From the NCBI GenBank assembly GCA_965228855.1, contig CBDDIJ010000005.1:800001-864000 (forward strand): a stretch of 64,000 bases of DNA, given 5' to 3'. The position numbers and the translations under genes were made by a program. Position 1 is the first letter of the stretch. Each line of letters opens with the position of its first letter. The notes beneath the pieces were generated by a model that saw only the letters and a list, made by a program, of their open reading frames with translations, was not told the origin of the DNA and searched no databases. Positions 1-10,044 of this stretch are shown here, piece after piece. Source of the stretch: Candidatus Obscuribacterales bacterium (GTDB lineage Bacteria; Cyanobacteriota; Vampirovibrionia; Obscuribacterales; Obscuribacteraceae).

Positions 1-54
1 GCCGAGGATTTATTCATTGCTAGCCTCAATCCGGCGGAAGCAGAAAACATAATT

Positions 55-3000
55 ATGATGCGAGACGGGCGCATTCCAGCACCTCGCAGCGAAAAGCCGA
101 CAGGTAAACCTGACGACTGGCACGAATACGGGCCCGATCAGAGCGATAAGTTCGACATCAAACCACACGGAGGAATGGAGCAAACCGATAGCGTTGAGCT
201 TACCAACATAAACGACAGAAATACTCGTTTCGACCAATCGCTCGCAATGCAAAACAAAGCGGCGAACGAGGAATTGAAGAACCGTAAAGAACCTGACCTT
301 AATCTAGACAAGGTCGACCAGCCTTCCAAGGAAGATGATAAACGCCAGTCGCAGCCGGTGCCGGAAGAGAACAAGAAGTTTCAAAGTCAAACTCCTGAAA
401 AATCCAAGGCAGAGCGCTTTGTAGAACTCAGTCGCTTGATGTACGACCAGAGCTTTTCGGAAGAAAAACGTGCAGTTTTGAGAGCAGAGTATGACGAACT
501 CCTCAAAGCATTCTACGAGGAGCATCACAAGGCCTCGAAACAGTTGGAAGGTGATGGCGATCAAGCCGCTCCGCCACGAGCGGCCGACGATTCTTCGTAT
601 GCATTAGCACGCGAATACAAAACTGGTATGTACGAAGAGCCAAAGTTATTGGATGTCGGCGATACAGCGGCGATTGCTTTGATGAACGTTGTCGATTACG
701 AGTATCAGCCCTGGTATCACGACACATCTCTGAGAAGATTCGTCAGCGATATGACGGGTGCTTTCCAAAACGAAGCGACACTTCAAACGGCGGTCAAAAA
801 ATACATGGAATCTCAGGGACTGCCGTCGCCGATAATCGAAGTAAACGATGCAAAGCTGCGACAGCTCGGAGGTACAGCAGCTTACAGTTTTGCGGACGGC
901 AAACTTTTCGTTCGCTCGGATATGTTTAAACCAGGCGCTGATTTTAAAGACAACCTCGGCGTATTGATCCACGAACTCACGCACACGATGCAAGATTTCC
1001 ATATCATCCGCCTCGCGACTATTGAAGCGATGCGAGACACGAAAAAACCTTTAAATGAACTCGACCCCAAAGAAATTCTTAGCCGGTATGAAAAGTTGCA
1101 AGGTCGTGTTCTGGATCGTGCAGGCGATCCGATGATATGGTTTGCACGAGCGAAGCAAGTGATGGAAACGCCTCAGAATGCGAAGTTTGTAAACAGTAAA
1201 GCGAGCCTCTCCAAGTACGCCTATAAGAACGACGCAGATATTTTTCTGGCGAAACAACTCAGCGACTCGCGTCATCCCGACAACGATAAATTCAGCTCGG
1301 CAAGACGGCGGATTCTGGAAGAGCGTGGAGCGCAGCTGGTCGAGCTTCTTGGTGGCGGACGGTTTGAGAGAGCAATAGATCTAAAGAGACACACCCAGAG
1401 AATTCTTGACGGAGCAATTGGCACTACGGTTCGCGTTTCGAAACCACTTGAGTTGCTTTCACAATTGCATCCCTCGAATGGCAAGCAATCGGAGGACCTG
1501 CGTAGGGCTTTGTTCGGCTACGATCCACTGAGCGAGGTATTCACCAAGAGAAACAAAGTTCCTACCGACATAGATCCAAATCAGGTGTCGAATGCAGACC
1601 AGGCGCTGGAAAAGCTTCTTGCTAATCCGGAGTTCCTTGAGAAGAATCCCAACTTCATCAACTACCTGATCAACGGACCGCAGTTTTTCTGGAAGAATAT
1701 GCTCAAATCAGAGTATCCATCAATAGAACCGAAGGGACATAAGAGTCTCACAAGACTGCAGTTGAAGGCAATGCTTCACGCATACGAGCACTTCTACAAA
1801 GCCGACGGCACCGTTACAGAACAACCGCTCGGCAGTCTCACGAAAAATGACTTCGACAAAAAAATTGGTGACGCACTTCGGTCGCAGCTAGAGCAGCATT
1901 TAGCTTACAACGAAGATCAAAAACACAGGGAGTATTTTGGAAATCGCTACGAGATTCAACCGCGAGTCGCGACAGAGCGCTTGCATCAACTGATGGGTCT
2001 GAGACCGGAAAAGGAAAGTATCGAAAGTCAGTTGCGCGATCACATCACGTCTATCCATCAGCTCCAGGAGCACGTTTATATGGATAAGCTTGTAGAGGGA
2101 ACGCTCAGTGAGTTCGGTTTTGAAGTAAGACTGAAAGAGGCGGTCGACTCGGGTAGAGAACCGGTTTCAGTCGGTTTCATCGACTTGAACAACTTCAAAC
2201 ATATAAACACAGAGTTTTCGCAGAAGGCGGGAGATGAGGCTTTGCAGGAATTTGGAAAACTCGCCGCGAGCGTTCTTGAACGACATGGGCTCGTCGCCAA
2301 AGACTGCCTTGGGCACTTTGGTGGAGACGAATACGGAATTGTACTGAATGGAGTTCCCCTCAGACAGGCAAAGCAGATTTTCAAGGAGATTCAAGCTCTG
2401 AGAATCGTTTGCGAAGAGCCGCCCTCTTTAGCCGAAGGCGGTTCTGACAAGTCGACATCTGTAAACAAAGCGCGCGCACATCGTTTCCGAGTTCTGCCGG
2501 ATGACGGCTCCAAGGCGCCAGAAGGAACAGTGGTAGTGACAGCGACACTAGGGGCGGTGGTACGCAGACAGAAGCAATCCGTCGAAGATGTTTTGCAAAG
2601 CGCCGACAAAGTGATGTTTATAGTTAAGGACAAGGTGAAACAGCTGCCCGAGGGACAGAGTCTCACGAAGGTCAAAGCATTTGCCGGTCATATCGAAAGG
2701 ATCATGGGCAAGCAGATCAGCAACCAGTTGAAACGTCACGGCGATATGGAAGACATACACTACAGCGAGGCCGACAAAATCAGCAGAGCATCCGACTTCA
2801 GAATTCAAAACAAGACCATGGACGAGATTCGACAAAAATTGGATCGCGCTGAAAACAAACACCAACTTCTGACGGAACTGCTAACAAAACATAGACACAC
2901 TGGAATTTGGAACAAAGAGATTAGCAAAGAGCGCCTGCAGCAGCAGATTAATACGAATGAGCCATTCTCGATTCTGCGCATCAGCGTAGACAACTTCAAA

Positions 3001-3498
3001 CCGGTAAATGACGTTTTCGAATCGCACGCAAAAGGTAATGCAGTTCTAAGAGAAATTGGCGAATACCTCCTCGACGTGCAAAAGAGACATCCCGATGACA
3101 TTCAACTTCTTGGCTCGCTAGGCGGACCAGCGCCGTTTATGATCATCAAAGATGCGGATAAGGCTGAGGAAATCCGGATGGAAATAGACAAGTTCTTTCT
3201 GAGGGTTACAGCAGAAGACAAACCATCCGTACGTATTGCATCGCACAAGGAAGCCAACAAAGAGGTTGGTGAAATTGCTGTCGGTTTCAGCGCAGCGGCA
3301 ACAAGATACGAACCAGCCAATGGCCTAGATGCAGAGGGGCTTCTCGTGGCTAGTAAAAAGCCACTCGACAAGGTTGAGCTAGAACACATAAGTCTTGGTC
3401 GCCACACGCAACGCACTGGCGACCACAAAACATCAAGTGGCGAAACCAAACATAGTGGGGCTCGCGACAATCAGGGCCGGCGGGCGACGGACAATTGA
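55..3498 (+). CDS. Large multidomain protein: zincin-like metallopeptidase motif plus two C-terminal GGDEF domains (second degenerate)
   Basis: 1147-aa ORF with LIHELTHTMQD (HExxH); FIDLNNFKHIN...GDEAL...FGGDEY; second repeat ISVDNFKPVND...GNAVL...LGGPAP. Confidence 0.75.
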   Translation: MMRDGRIPAPRSEKPTGKPDDWHEYGPDQSDKFDIKPHGGMEQTDSVELTNINDRNTRFDQSLAMQNKAANEELKNRKEPDLNLDKVDQPSKEDDKRQSQPVPEENKKFQSQTPEKSKAERFVELSRLMYDQSFSEEKRAVLRAEYDELLKAFYEEHHKASKQLEGDGDQAAPPRAADDSSYALAREYKTGMYEEPKLLDVGDTAAIALMNVVDYEYQPWYHDTSLRRFVSDMTGAFQNEATLQTAVKKYMESQGLPSPIIEVNDAKLRQLGGTAAYSFADGKLFVRSDMFKPGADFKDNLGVLIHELTHTMQDFHIIRLATIEAMRDTKKPLNELDPKEILSRYEKLQGRVLDRAGDPMIWFARAKQVMETPQNAKFVNSKASLSKYAYKNDADIFLAKQLSDSRHPDNDKFSSARRRILEERGAQLVELLGGGRFERAIDLKRHTQRILDGAIGTTVRVSKPLELLSQLHPSNGKQSEDLRRALFGYDPLSEVFTKRNKVPTDIDPNQVSNADQALEKLLANPEFLEKNPNFINYLINGPQFFWKNMLKSEYPSIEPKGHKSLTRLQLKAMLHAYEHFYKADGTVTEQPLGSLTKNDFDKKIGDALRSQLEQHLAYNEDQKHREYFGNRYEIQPRVATERLHQLMGLRPEKESIESQLRDHITSIHQLQEHVYMDKLVEGTLSEFGFEVRLKEAVDSGREPVSVGFIDLNNFKHINTEFSQKAGDEALQEFGKLAASVLERHGLVAKDCLGHFGGDEYGIVLNGVPLRQAKQIFKEIQALRIVCEEPPSLAEGGSDKSTSVNKARAHRFRVLPDDGSKAPEGTVVVTATLGAVVRRQKQSVEDVLQSADKVMFIVKDKVKQLPEGQSLTKVKAFAGHIERIMGKQISNQLKRHGDMEDIHYSEADKISRASDFRIQNKTMDEIRQKLDRAENKHQLLTELLTKHRHTGIWNKEISKERLQQQINTNEPFSILRISVDNFKPVNDVFESHAKGNAVLREIGEYLLDVQKRHPDDIQLLGSLGGPAPFMIIKDADKAEEIRMEIDKFFLRVTAEDKPSVRIASHKEANKEVGEIAVGFSAAATRYEPANGLDAEGLLVASKKPLDKVELEHISLGRHTQRTGDHKTSSGETKHSGARDNQGRRATDN

Positions 3499-3525
3499 GC
3501 GACTAAATGGTAATCTGTCTGCGAT

Positions 3526-5160
3526 ATGGCTAACATCCTGATAGTTGAAGATAGAATCGACCTTGCTAACTTGGTCCGGTCATTTCTCGAGTTCGAGGAC
3601 CACAATGTTGATGCGATTCACTCGGGAGGAACCGCGATTGAGCGCATCACCGGTGGTGACTACCACCTTGTGATACTGGATTGGGATTTGCCGGAGGTTG
3701 CCGGGATCGAGATTCTAAAAGGCGTTCGAGCAAAGGGAATATCGACGCCCATCTTAATGCTGACTGGCAAAAACACAATCGAGAATAAGGAACAGGGTTT
3801 CGACGAAGGTGCCGATGATTACTTGACGAAACCGTTCGATATGAAAGAACTCGCCATGCGAGTCAAAGCGCTGCTGAGGCGCTCTTTGCCAAAGGTTTCA
3901 GAGAAACGAGTAGAAGAAGCAATCACGTTGATTCCGGATCGGCTTCGCGCAGTGAAGCACGGAAAGCCGGTAGCGCTCACGCAAAAGGAGTTTGAATTAC
4001 TTGAGCTACTTTTGAAGGAATCGAAACCGCCGGCTCCGACTGACCTGGTTAAACGCATATGGGCAGACGATGCTACATCTAATTTAGAAACACTTCGCAC
4101 TACCATAAAGCGACTTCGCAAAAAATTGGGTCATGACACCCCGCAATTGAAAGACGAAAACTTTCCTGGTTTGACGGACGCAAAACCGGTTGCCCTCGCA
4201 CAAACAGCTGAAAACAGCGATGCCAGTTTTCCAAGCATCGCTCAGAGCGAAGACGACGACTCGTTCGATCCCTATCTGGGAACCATATTGGACGATAAAT
4301 ACGAGTTGCTAGAGCTAATCGGCGGTGGTGGCACGGGAGTTGTTTACAAAGCCAATCATTGTTTGCTGAATTCAACGGTAGCAGTAAAGTTGTTGTTTCC
4401 GCACATGACCTCCAAGCAAGCCATGGTGCGCCGCTTTCAGCAAGAAGCGAAGGCGACTGCAATGCTGTCCCACCCGAATATTTTGAAAGTATCTGACTTT
4501 GGAACGGGAGATCAAGGACAGCCGTTTCTCGTAATGGAATATCTCCACGGCGAAAGTCTTGCCGACTTGCTGGATGAAAATGAATACTTATCGCCAGGAT
4601 TGGCAGCCAATGTTGTCTTTCAAGCAGGCGCCGGACTGCACCACGCACACAGCAAGGGAGTCGTACACCGTGATATCAAGCCGAGTAACTTGATGATCAT
4701 CGGCAATATTTACGAGAAATTTTCGGTAAAAATTGTGGATTTCGGTTTAGCCCGAGCAAACCGACCGGATGAAGAGTGGGCAAAAATCACTGTTACCGGA
4801 GACGTGTTTGGAAGTCCTCTGTACATGAGCCCCGAACAATGCCGTGGCGAACACGTCGACCAACAAGCAGACATCTATAGTTTAGGCTGTGTTCTGTTTG
4901 AAGCAATGATCGGCGAGCCGCCATTTGTAGGTAAAGATCCCGTTGATACCATTTTGAAACAGGTATCGCCGGAGCTACCAACATTCAAGATCACATGTGA
5001 GAAGCAGAAGGTCGCCGATCAGCTCGAAAAGGTTTTACTGCGCAGTCTCGCAAAGAGCAAAGAACAGCGATATGCAACGATGGCTCATTTTCTGGAAGAC
5101 CTGCTGCAATTTCGAGAGTTCTTAGCTAAAGAAGGCGTCTCAGTTTCGATCAGTCGCTAG
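3526..5160 (+). CDS. Hybrid OmpR-type response regulator (REC + winged helix) fused to a Hanks-type Ser/Thr kinase
   Basis: ILIVED, LVILDWDLP, GADDYLTKPF, LTQKEFELL; then IGGGGTGVVY, VAVK, HRDIKPSN, DFG, YMSPE. Confidence 0.9.
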   Translation: MANILIVEDRIDLANLVRSFLEFEDHNVDAIHSGGTAIERITGGDYHLVILDWDLPEVAGIEILKGVRAKGISTPILMLTGKNTIENKEQGFDEGADDYLTKPFDMKELAMRVKALLRRSLPKVSEKRVEEAITLIPDRLRAVKHGKPVALTQKEFELLELLLKESKPPAPTDLVKRIWADDATSNLETLRTTIKRLRKKLGHDTPQLKDENFPGLTDAKPVALAQTAENSDASFPSIAQSEDDDSFDPYLGTILDDKYELLELIGGGGTGVVYKANHCLLNSTVAVKLLFPHMTSKQAMVRRFQQEAKATAMLSHPNILKVSDFGTGDQGQPFLVMEYLHGESLADLLDENEYLSPGLAANVVFQAGAGLHHAHSKGVVHRDIKPSNLMIIGNIYEKFSVKIVDFGLARANRPDEEWAKITVTGDVFGSPLYMSPEQCRGEHVDQQADIYSLGCVLFEAMIGEPPFVGKDPVDTILKQVSPELPTFKITCEKQKVADQLEKVLLRSLAKSKEQRYATMAHFLEDLLQFREFLAKEGVSVSISR

Positions 5161-6634
5161 CTTTCGAGACAGCAACTGCAGATAACGGCGCGGTAATTGA
5201 TTCAAGCGACTTGCCCTCCGCATCAACGCCCAGGAAGGCTTCCACGATGCCGGCAGCTATCATGAGCAGCCCACCTCCCACATAACCAATAGCGACGAGG
5301 TCACGCGAACCACTTTCGATGAGCGATGCAAATATTGCAGGCGCTGCGACGCCACCAACCAGGGTGCCCACCGCGTAAAATATAGCGATTGCAATCGCGC
5401 GCATTTCGAGTGGAAAGATTTCGCTAACGGTCAAATATGCCGAGCTGGCTGCAGCCGAGGCTACAAAAAAGATAATCGTCCAACAAGCGCACTGAGTGGT
5501 GGCATCGAGCGCACCGATCTTAAACAACCAGGCAGTGAGCGCGAGAAAAATTCCAGACAACACATATGTCCCGGTTATCATCCAACGGCGCCCGATGCTG
5601 TCAAACAGCCGCCCCAGAATGAGCGGACCAAAAACGTTGCCGGCAGCAAACGGCAAAATGTACCAACTCACCAGGTGCGGCTGCACTTCGTAAAACTTGA
5701 TCATCACAAGAGAGTAGGTGAAGAAAATGGCGTTGTAGAAAAACGCCTGAGCGCTCATCAGAGCTAAACATAAGATGGAACGTTTCCTATGTACGTGGAA
5801 AATGGCATTCCATATTTCGCCCCAGGCGGTATGGTCGCGCGTGAGGATATGCAACATCTCATGATCGGTTTTTAGAACGCGCTCAGGGTGGTGCTTTTTA
5901 ATTGCATCTTCGACACTTGTCATTACAGCATCGGCTTCTTCCACTCGACCATGGATAGTCAGCCACCTCGGACTTTCAGGCACCCAATGCCGAATAGCTA
6001 AAACCGCCAGACCAAGCACGGCCCCGACGATGAACGCCAATCTCCAGCCTAACCAGACCGGCAAACTTTCAGGGTTTAGTAAGTAAATAGTTGCGGCTGC
6101 TCCGATGATTGCACCGATCCAGTAGGTTGAATTGATGATCAAATCTACCTGACCGCGCACCTTAGCCGGAATAAGTTCGTCGATTGCACTGTTAATCGCC
6201 GCATACTCTCCACCAATTCCGGAACCGATCACGAATTGGAAAAACGCATAACTCGGGAAGTTCCAAGCGCATGCGGTCAACGCGGTCGCGAGCAAATAGG
6301 TGCAGAGGGTGATGTAGAAAAGCTTCTTACGCCCCCAGCGGTCAGTCGCATATCCAAAAACCAACGCTCCCGTTACTGCACCGGCAAGATAAAACGTAGC
6401 AGCCATGCCGATTTGCCCCTCGGTTAAACCAAGTGCATCAGGTCGGCGAAGAATTCCCGCGACGGCTCCAGCTAAAGTCACCTGAAGTCCATCAAGAATC
6501 CAAGTGACACCAAGAGCGATTACGACCATCCAGTGCCAGCGACTCCATTCGAGATTGTCTAGTCTCGATGCGATATCGGTCGAAATTGTTTTGCCAGGAA
6601 TAGAATTCGCTTCATGAGCCATAAGCTTCAACAA
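5150..6634 (-). CDS. MFS transporter (sugar porter/aromatic acid-like)
   Basis: About 12 hydrophobic segments; GYATDRWGRKK motif A, PESPRWL, SEIFP. Confidence 0.9.
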   Translation of the reverse strand: MLKLMAHEANSIPGKTISTDIASRLDNLEWSRWHWMVVIALGVTWILDGLQVTLAGAVAGILRRPDALGLTEGQIGMAATFYLAGAVTGALVFGYATDRWGRKKLFYITLCTYLLATALTACAWNFPSYAFFQFVIGSGIGGEYAAINSAIDELIPAKVRGQVDLIINSTYWIGAIIGAAATIYLLNPESLPVWLGWRLAFIVGAVLGLAVLAIRHWVPESPRWLTIHGRVEEADAVMTSVEDAIKKHHPERVLKTDHEMLHILTRDHTAWGEIWNAIFHVHRKRSILCLALMSAQAFFYNAIFFTYSLVMIKFYEVQPHLVSWYILPFAAGNVFGPLILGRLFDSIGRRWMITGTYVLSGIFLALTAWLFKIGALDATTQCACWTIIFFVASAAASSAYLTVSEIFPLEMRAIAIAIFYAVGTLVGGVAAPAIFASLIESGSRDLVAIGYVGGGLLMIAAGIVEAFLGVDAEGKSLESITAPLSAVAVSKASD

Positions 6635-6684
6635 CCTTTCGCGGTGCGGCTGTTCATACGCCGAAGAAACAGCATACCAGAATG

Positions 6685-6715
6685 AAAAAAAGCCACACTG
6701 AAATAGTGCGGCTTT
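6685..6715. terminator. Probable intrinsic terminator downstream of the large exoprotein gene (minus strand)
   Basis: AAAAAAGCCACACT-GAAAT-AGTGCGGCTTT hairpin; the A-run gives a U-tail on the minus strand. Confidence 0.65.
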
Positions 6716-6736
6716 CTCTGCTTGGTTTCTATTTAG

Positions 6737-9700
6737 CTATTGCTGGCTTGCGAACATAATCACATTACCGCCGAGCAGGATATTTTTGGTTGCCACGCTA
6801 TTGCTAACGGTGATGGTTGAAGAGGTTCCCATCAGGGCATTCGAGCTTCCCTTGGCGCTGAAGCCCAAACCGAGAATCTGAACTGACCCCGACACGACGA
6901 CATTGTCCGGCGGTGAGGCGGGCGTGGAGCTTGCGGAGCCGAGCTGGATTGTAATGTTTCCATCACCGGCGACTACAGGAATAGTGCCCACTGCGGAACC
7001 TTCTCCAAAAATGATTTTGTCCTTCTTTGTCGTTCCAGAGTTCAGAATGGACAGTTCATTGCTCGAACCAAGATGCACGTTTTCGTCCACGCTCAGTGTT
7101 CCGGCAGCCGTTTTTATCGTTAAGGAATCAAGAGCGAACACATCCCCGGTCACCTTCACACCTGAAAGCGAATCGAAGACCAGATTGTTGACATTTGACG
7201 CACCCAGGCTTACACCCTTCTTCGTCGAGAGAGAAGAAACGAATGCCTCCGCAGAGCTTATACTGACGGTTTTCGTTCCCGCATTCACGAGAAACGGATT
7301 AACAGAAGAGCCGATGTTTTCAGCGCTCAGAATCAAAGTCGGGCTTATAAATATAGTTCCATCATCGACAAGCGGCGCAACGGTGCTGGTAACCTCTATG
7401 ACACTACCGGCGGTGACTCCCGGATCAAGGTTAAAGGATGCGGCAACAGCATGTATATCGTCTGCAGCTGTCATTCGACCGGTTAAATCAGCTTGATCGG
7501 CAATTAAACGTAGTATCTTTGTTTCAATGTCTACATTCGTTGTTCCTGTGTTTTGAACGAAGATAGAGGCAACGCCGGACGGATTGTTTACATGCAAGCT
7601 GGGTGTTTCAACAGTCATAAACTGTGAGTCGCCGATGAAGCCCCCCTTGGAGGTTTCGAAGCTGATGGATTCTTGGGCAATCATGATACTGGTGCTGTCG
7701 TAAACAGACATTCCCAGCCCAGCAGAAACGCCGATATTTTTACCCTGAATTGTTCCACCGTTGAAGAACAGATCAGATGTTATATTTACATCGCCGGCCG
7801 CATCTATTACAGCAGAGCCAGAAGTCCCTGGTAAGAGGATAGCACCGCTTCCTTTGACGAAACTCTCACCTGCTTCAAAGTGTGCAGGTCCGACAAGTGC
7901 GCCATCGACACCATACGTAACCGTTTTGCCCCCAACTATAATCGGCTTACTGCCGGAAATCAGAACGTTTCCGTTTATCCCCTGCGGACCGCCAGTCTGA
8001 TTCGTAGTATCAATGTTTCCAACGCCTATCGTTGAATACGTGTAACCTTTGTAAGAGTGTTCATTTGCGATCAGAAAATTGCCATTTGATCCTTGATTGA
8101 CACCACCTGTTTCGACATCGACTCCAATCAGATTAATGTAGCCGTCAGTTTTGCCAAACAAGAAGAACTGAACATCTCCACCATCTCGGTCTCCAGAAGA
8201 AATCACATCAGTACTCCTGGAGCTGATCTTCGACCCATCCGCAAAAGCAATAACTCCTCCAGTCTTGGTCCCCTTACTATTTATAGTGACGACACCACTT
8301 GTGAGCGGTGAAGTGTCGGGACCGATTTCGCGATTGTCCAAACCGCCTTGTGCTGTGAATGATGCACCTGCGATCATGGTGATGTTGTAACCACGATTCG
8401 CGTCACCGGCGATGATGTTGACGGGGTCGATAGACGCGATGCTGCCGGAGGCAACGAGGGTCAGGTCCTCTTGAACGATTACATCACCAACAACGATGAT
8501 GTTGCCGCCTCGGTTAAAGTAAGTTGGGTCACCTGTCAAGCAAACATTGCCAATGCTCAGAGTGTCAGTCTCAGCCCAAACATGAGCAGCCGAGCCAGTT
8601 TCGTTAACCACACCGGTAAGCTTATTGGCATTCACCGTGGCAGTTCCAAGGCCAGAATTGAGATTCAACTCGCGACTCAAAAGGTCGCCACCGACGAGCA
8701 GCGAGTTTGCAGAACCTGCATAATCGGATGCACGAACGTTTATAGAACCATCAGTGGCCACGATGGAACCACCTCGGTTATCTATAACCAGGTCACCGCC
8801 AGTAGTGGCAAAACTTACATTGCCGGAGTTCGCGTTTAGCGAGCCTCGATTTAGTACTTTAGTTGACGTCACACTCAGGTCTTCACCTGCGGCGACCGTT
8901 CCACTGTTAGAAACTGCTCCGCCAGCCGAAAGCGAAAGTTTGCCACTTGCGGCGATGACACCGTAGTTGGTGAGATTGTTCGATGCGTCGAGACTGAGGT
9001 CGCCTCTGGCGCTGATGAGCGCGCCACTATGGTTGTCGATATTGTCCGCGTGGATAGTACCTCCGCGAACACTGGTGTTTGTCGAGAGGGTTTGAACCGT
9101 ACCGAAATTCGATAGATCACCGGTCAAACGGAAATCGGAACCGCGCCCGAAATCTCCAATCGTGGTTACATCCTTTGGAACGACCAGACTGGAAGCACGC
9201 ATCACATCGTTATCTGATGTCAAAGCTCCCAGATCGACTGAGCCACCGGACGCACGACCATTGCGATCGACTTCGACTTGCTGACCGCCGCCAGAAAGGA
9301 CTTGTTTAACCGCGACGTATTCGGCAGCCGTGACTTTAGAACCTGCTGAAAAGTTTTCAGTCTTCCCACCAACAGAAATTGAGACAGTTTCATTCGAGTC
9401 AAAAAGGGCTCTGCCAAGAACGATATTTCTTAAGCCAGAGCCAAGATCGAGATCAACTCCGCGATTTACGCGGGTGATGTTGCCGCTGGATAATTCCTGC
9501 ATTGACTGATTGCGTACTCTAGGCTCGTGGACACGCTTCAGACCAGCAATGTTTTTTGATGCGAAGATGGGCTCGCCACCAGCACCGAAGTTAACTGTCG
9601 GCAAATTTGGCTGGTAGGTAATTCCGAACTGCCCGCCACTAGATGCGGTGTTATGGCGACCAAACTGCTCTCGGAACAATTGACGAGCTGCGCTTTTAGC

Positions 9701-9856
9701 GAGACCGTCATTTTGCTGACGAAACTCGCGAAATGACATTCGATCATTCGCTGACGCCGACGAGCCATTGCTAGCTAAAAGAATAAATCCAGCAAGAGCT
9801 GCGATTCTTGCGCTCTGCGACGTTGCGTTACGTAAAAAATTCCGACGATTTCCCAT
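6737..9856 (-). CDS. Large secreted Gly/Ser/Asn-rich beta-helical (filamentous-haemagglutinin-like) protein
   Basis: 1039 aa; N-terminal signal; repeats such as LTNYGVIAA, VSNSGTVAA, LNRGSLNA. Confidence 0.65.
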   Translation of the reverse strand: MGNRRNFLRNATSQSARIAALAGFILLASNGSSASANDRMSFREFRQQNDGLAKSAARQLFREQFGRHNTASSGGQFGITYQPNLPTVNFGAGGEPIFASKNIAGLKRVHEPRVRNQSMQELSSGNITRVNRGVDLDLGSGLRNIVLGRALFDSNETVSISVGGKTENFSAGSKVTAAEYVAVKQVLSGGGQQVEVDRNGRASGGSVDLGALTSDNDVMRASSLVVPKDVTTIGDFGRGSDFRLTGDLSNFGTVQTLSTNTSVRGGTIHADNIDNHSGALISARGDLSLDASNNLTNYGVIAASGKLSLSAGGAVSNSGTVAAGEDLSVTSTKVLNRGSLNANSGNVSFATTGGDLVIDNRGGSIVATDGSINVRASDYAGSANSLLVGGDLLSRELNLNSGLGTATVNANKLTGVVNETGSAAHVWAETDTLSIGNVCLTGDPTYFNRGGNIIVVGDVIVQEDLTLVASGSIASIDPVNIIAGDANRGYNITMIAGASFTAQGGLDNREIGPDTSPLTSGVVTINSKGTKTGGVIAFADGSKISSRSTDVISSGDRDGGDVQFFLFGKTDGYINLIGVDVETGGVNQGSNGNFLIANEHSYKGYTYSTIGVGNIDTTNQTGGPQGINGNVLISGSKPIIVGGKTVTYGVDGALVGPAHFEAGESFVKGSGAILLPGTSGSAVIDAAGDVNITSDLFFNGGTIQGKNIGVSAGLGMSVYDSTSIMIAQESISFETSKGGFIGDSQFMTVETPSLHVNNPSGVASIFVQNTGTTNVDIETKILRLIADQADLTGRMTAADDIHAVAASFNLDPGVTAGSVIEVTSTVAPLVDDGTIFISPTLILSAENIGSSVNPFLVNAGTKTVSISSAEAFVSSLSTKKGVSLGASNVNNLVFDSLSGVKVTGDVFALDSLTIKTAAGTLSVDENVHLGSSNELSILNSGTTKKDKIIFGEGSAVGTIPVVAGDGNITIQLGSASSTPASPPDNVVVSGSVQILGLGFSAKGSSNALMGTSSTITVSNSVATKNILLGGNVIMFASQQ

Positions 9857-10044
9857 TTACGACTCCCCGATTCTTTCGCCAGGCTGACATTCCCACTTGC
9901 CGGTATCAGCCATTAGCACCCCACGGCGCTCACTTATATAAGTCAAGGAGCATACCATATCGACCACCACTAATCGGGGTGATCTTTTGCGAAAATAAGG
10001 GTGATTTTAGGGAGCCAATACTAGGACTTCAACGAGTTCCAAAA

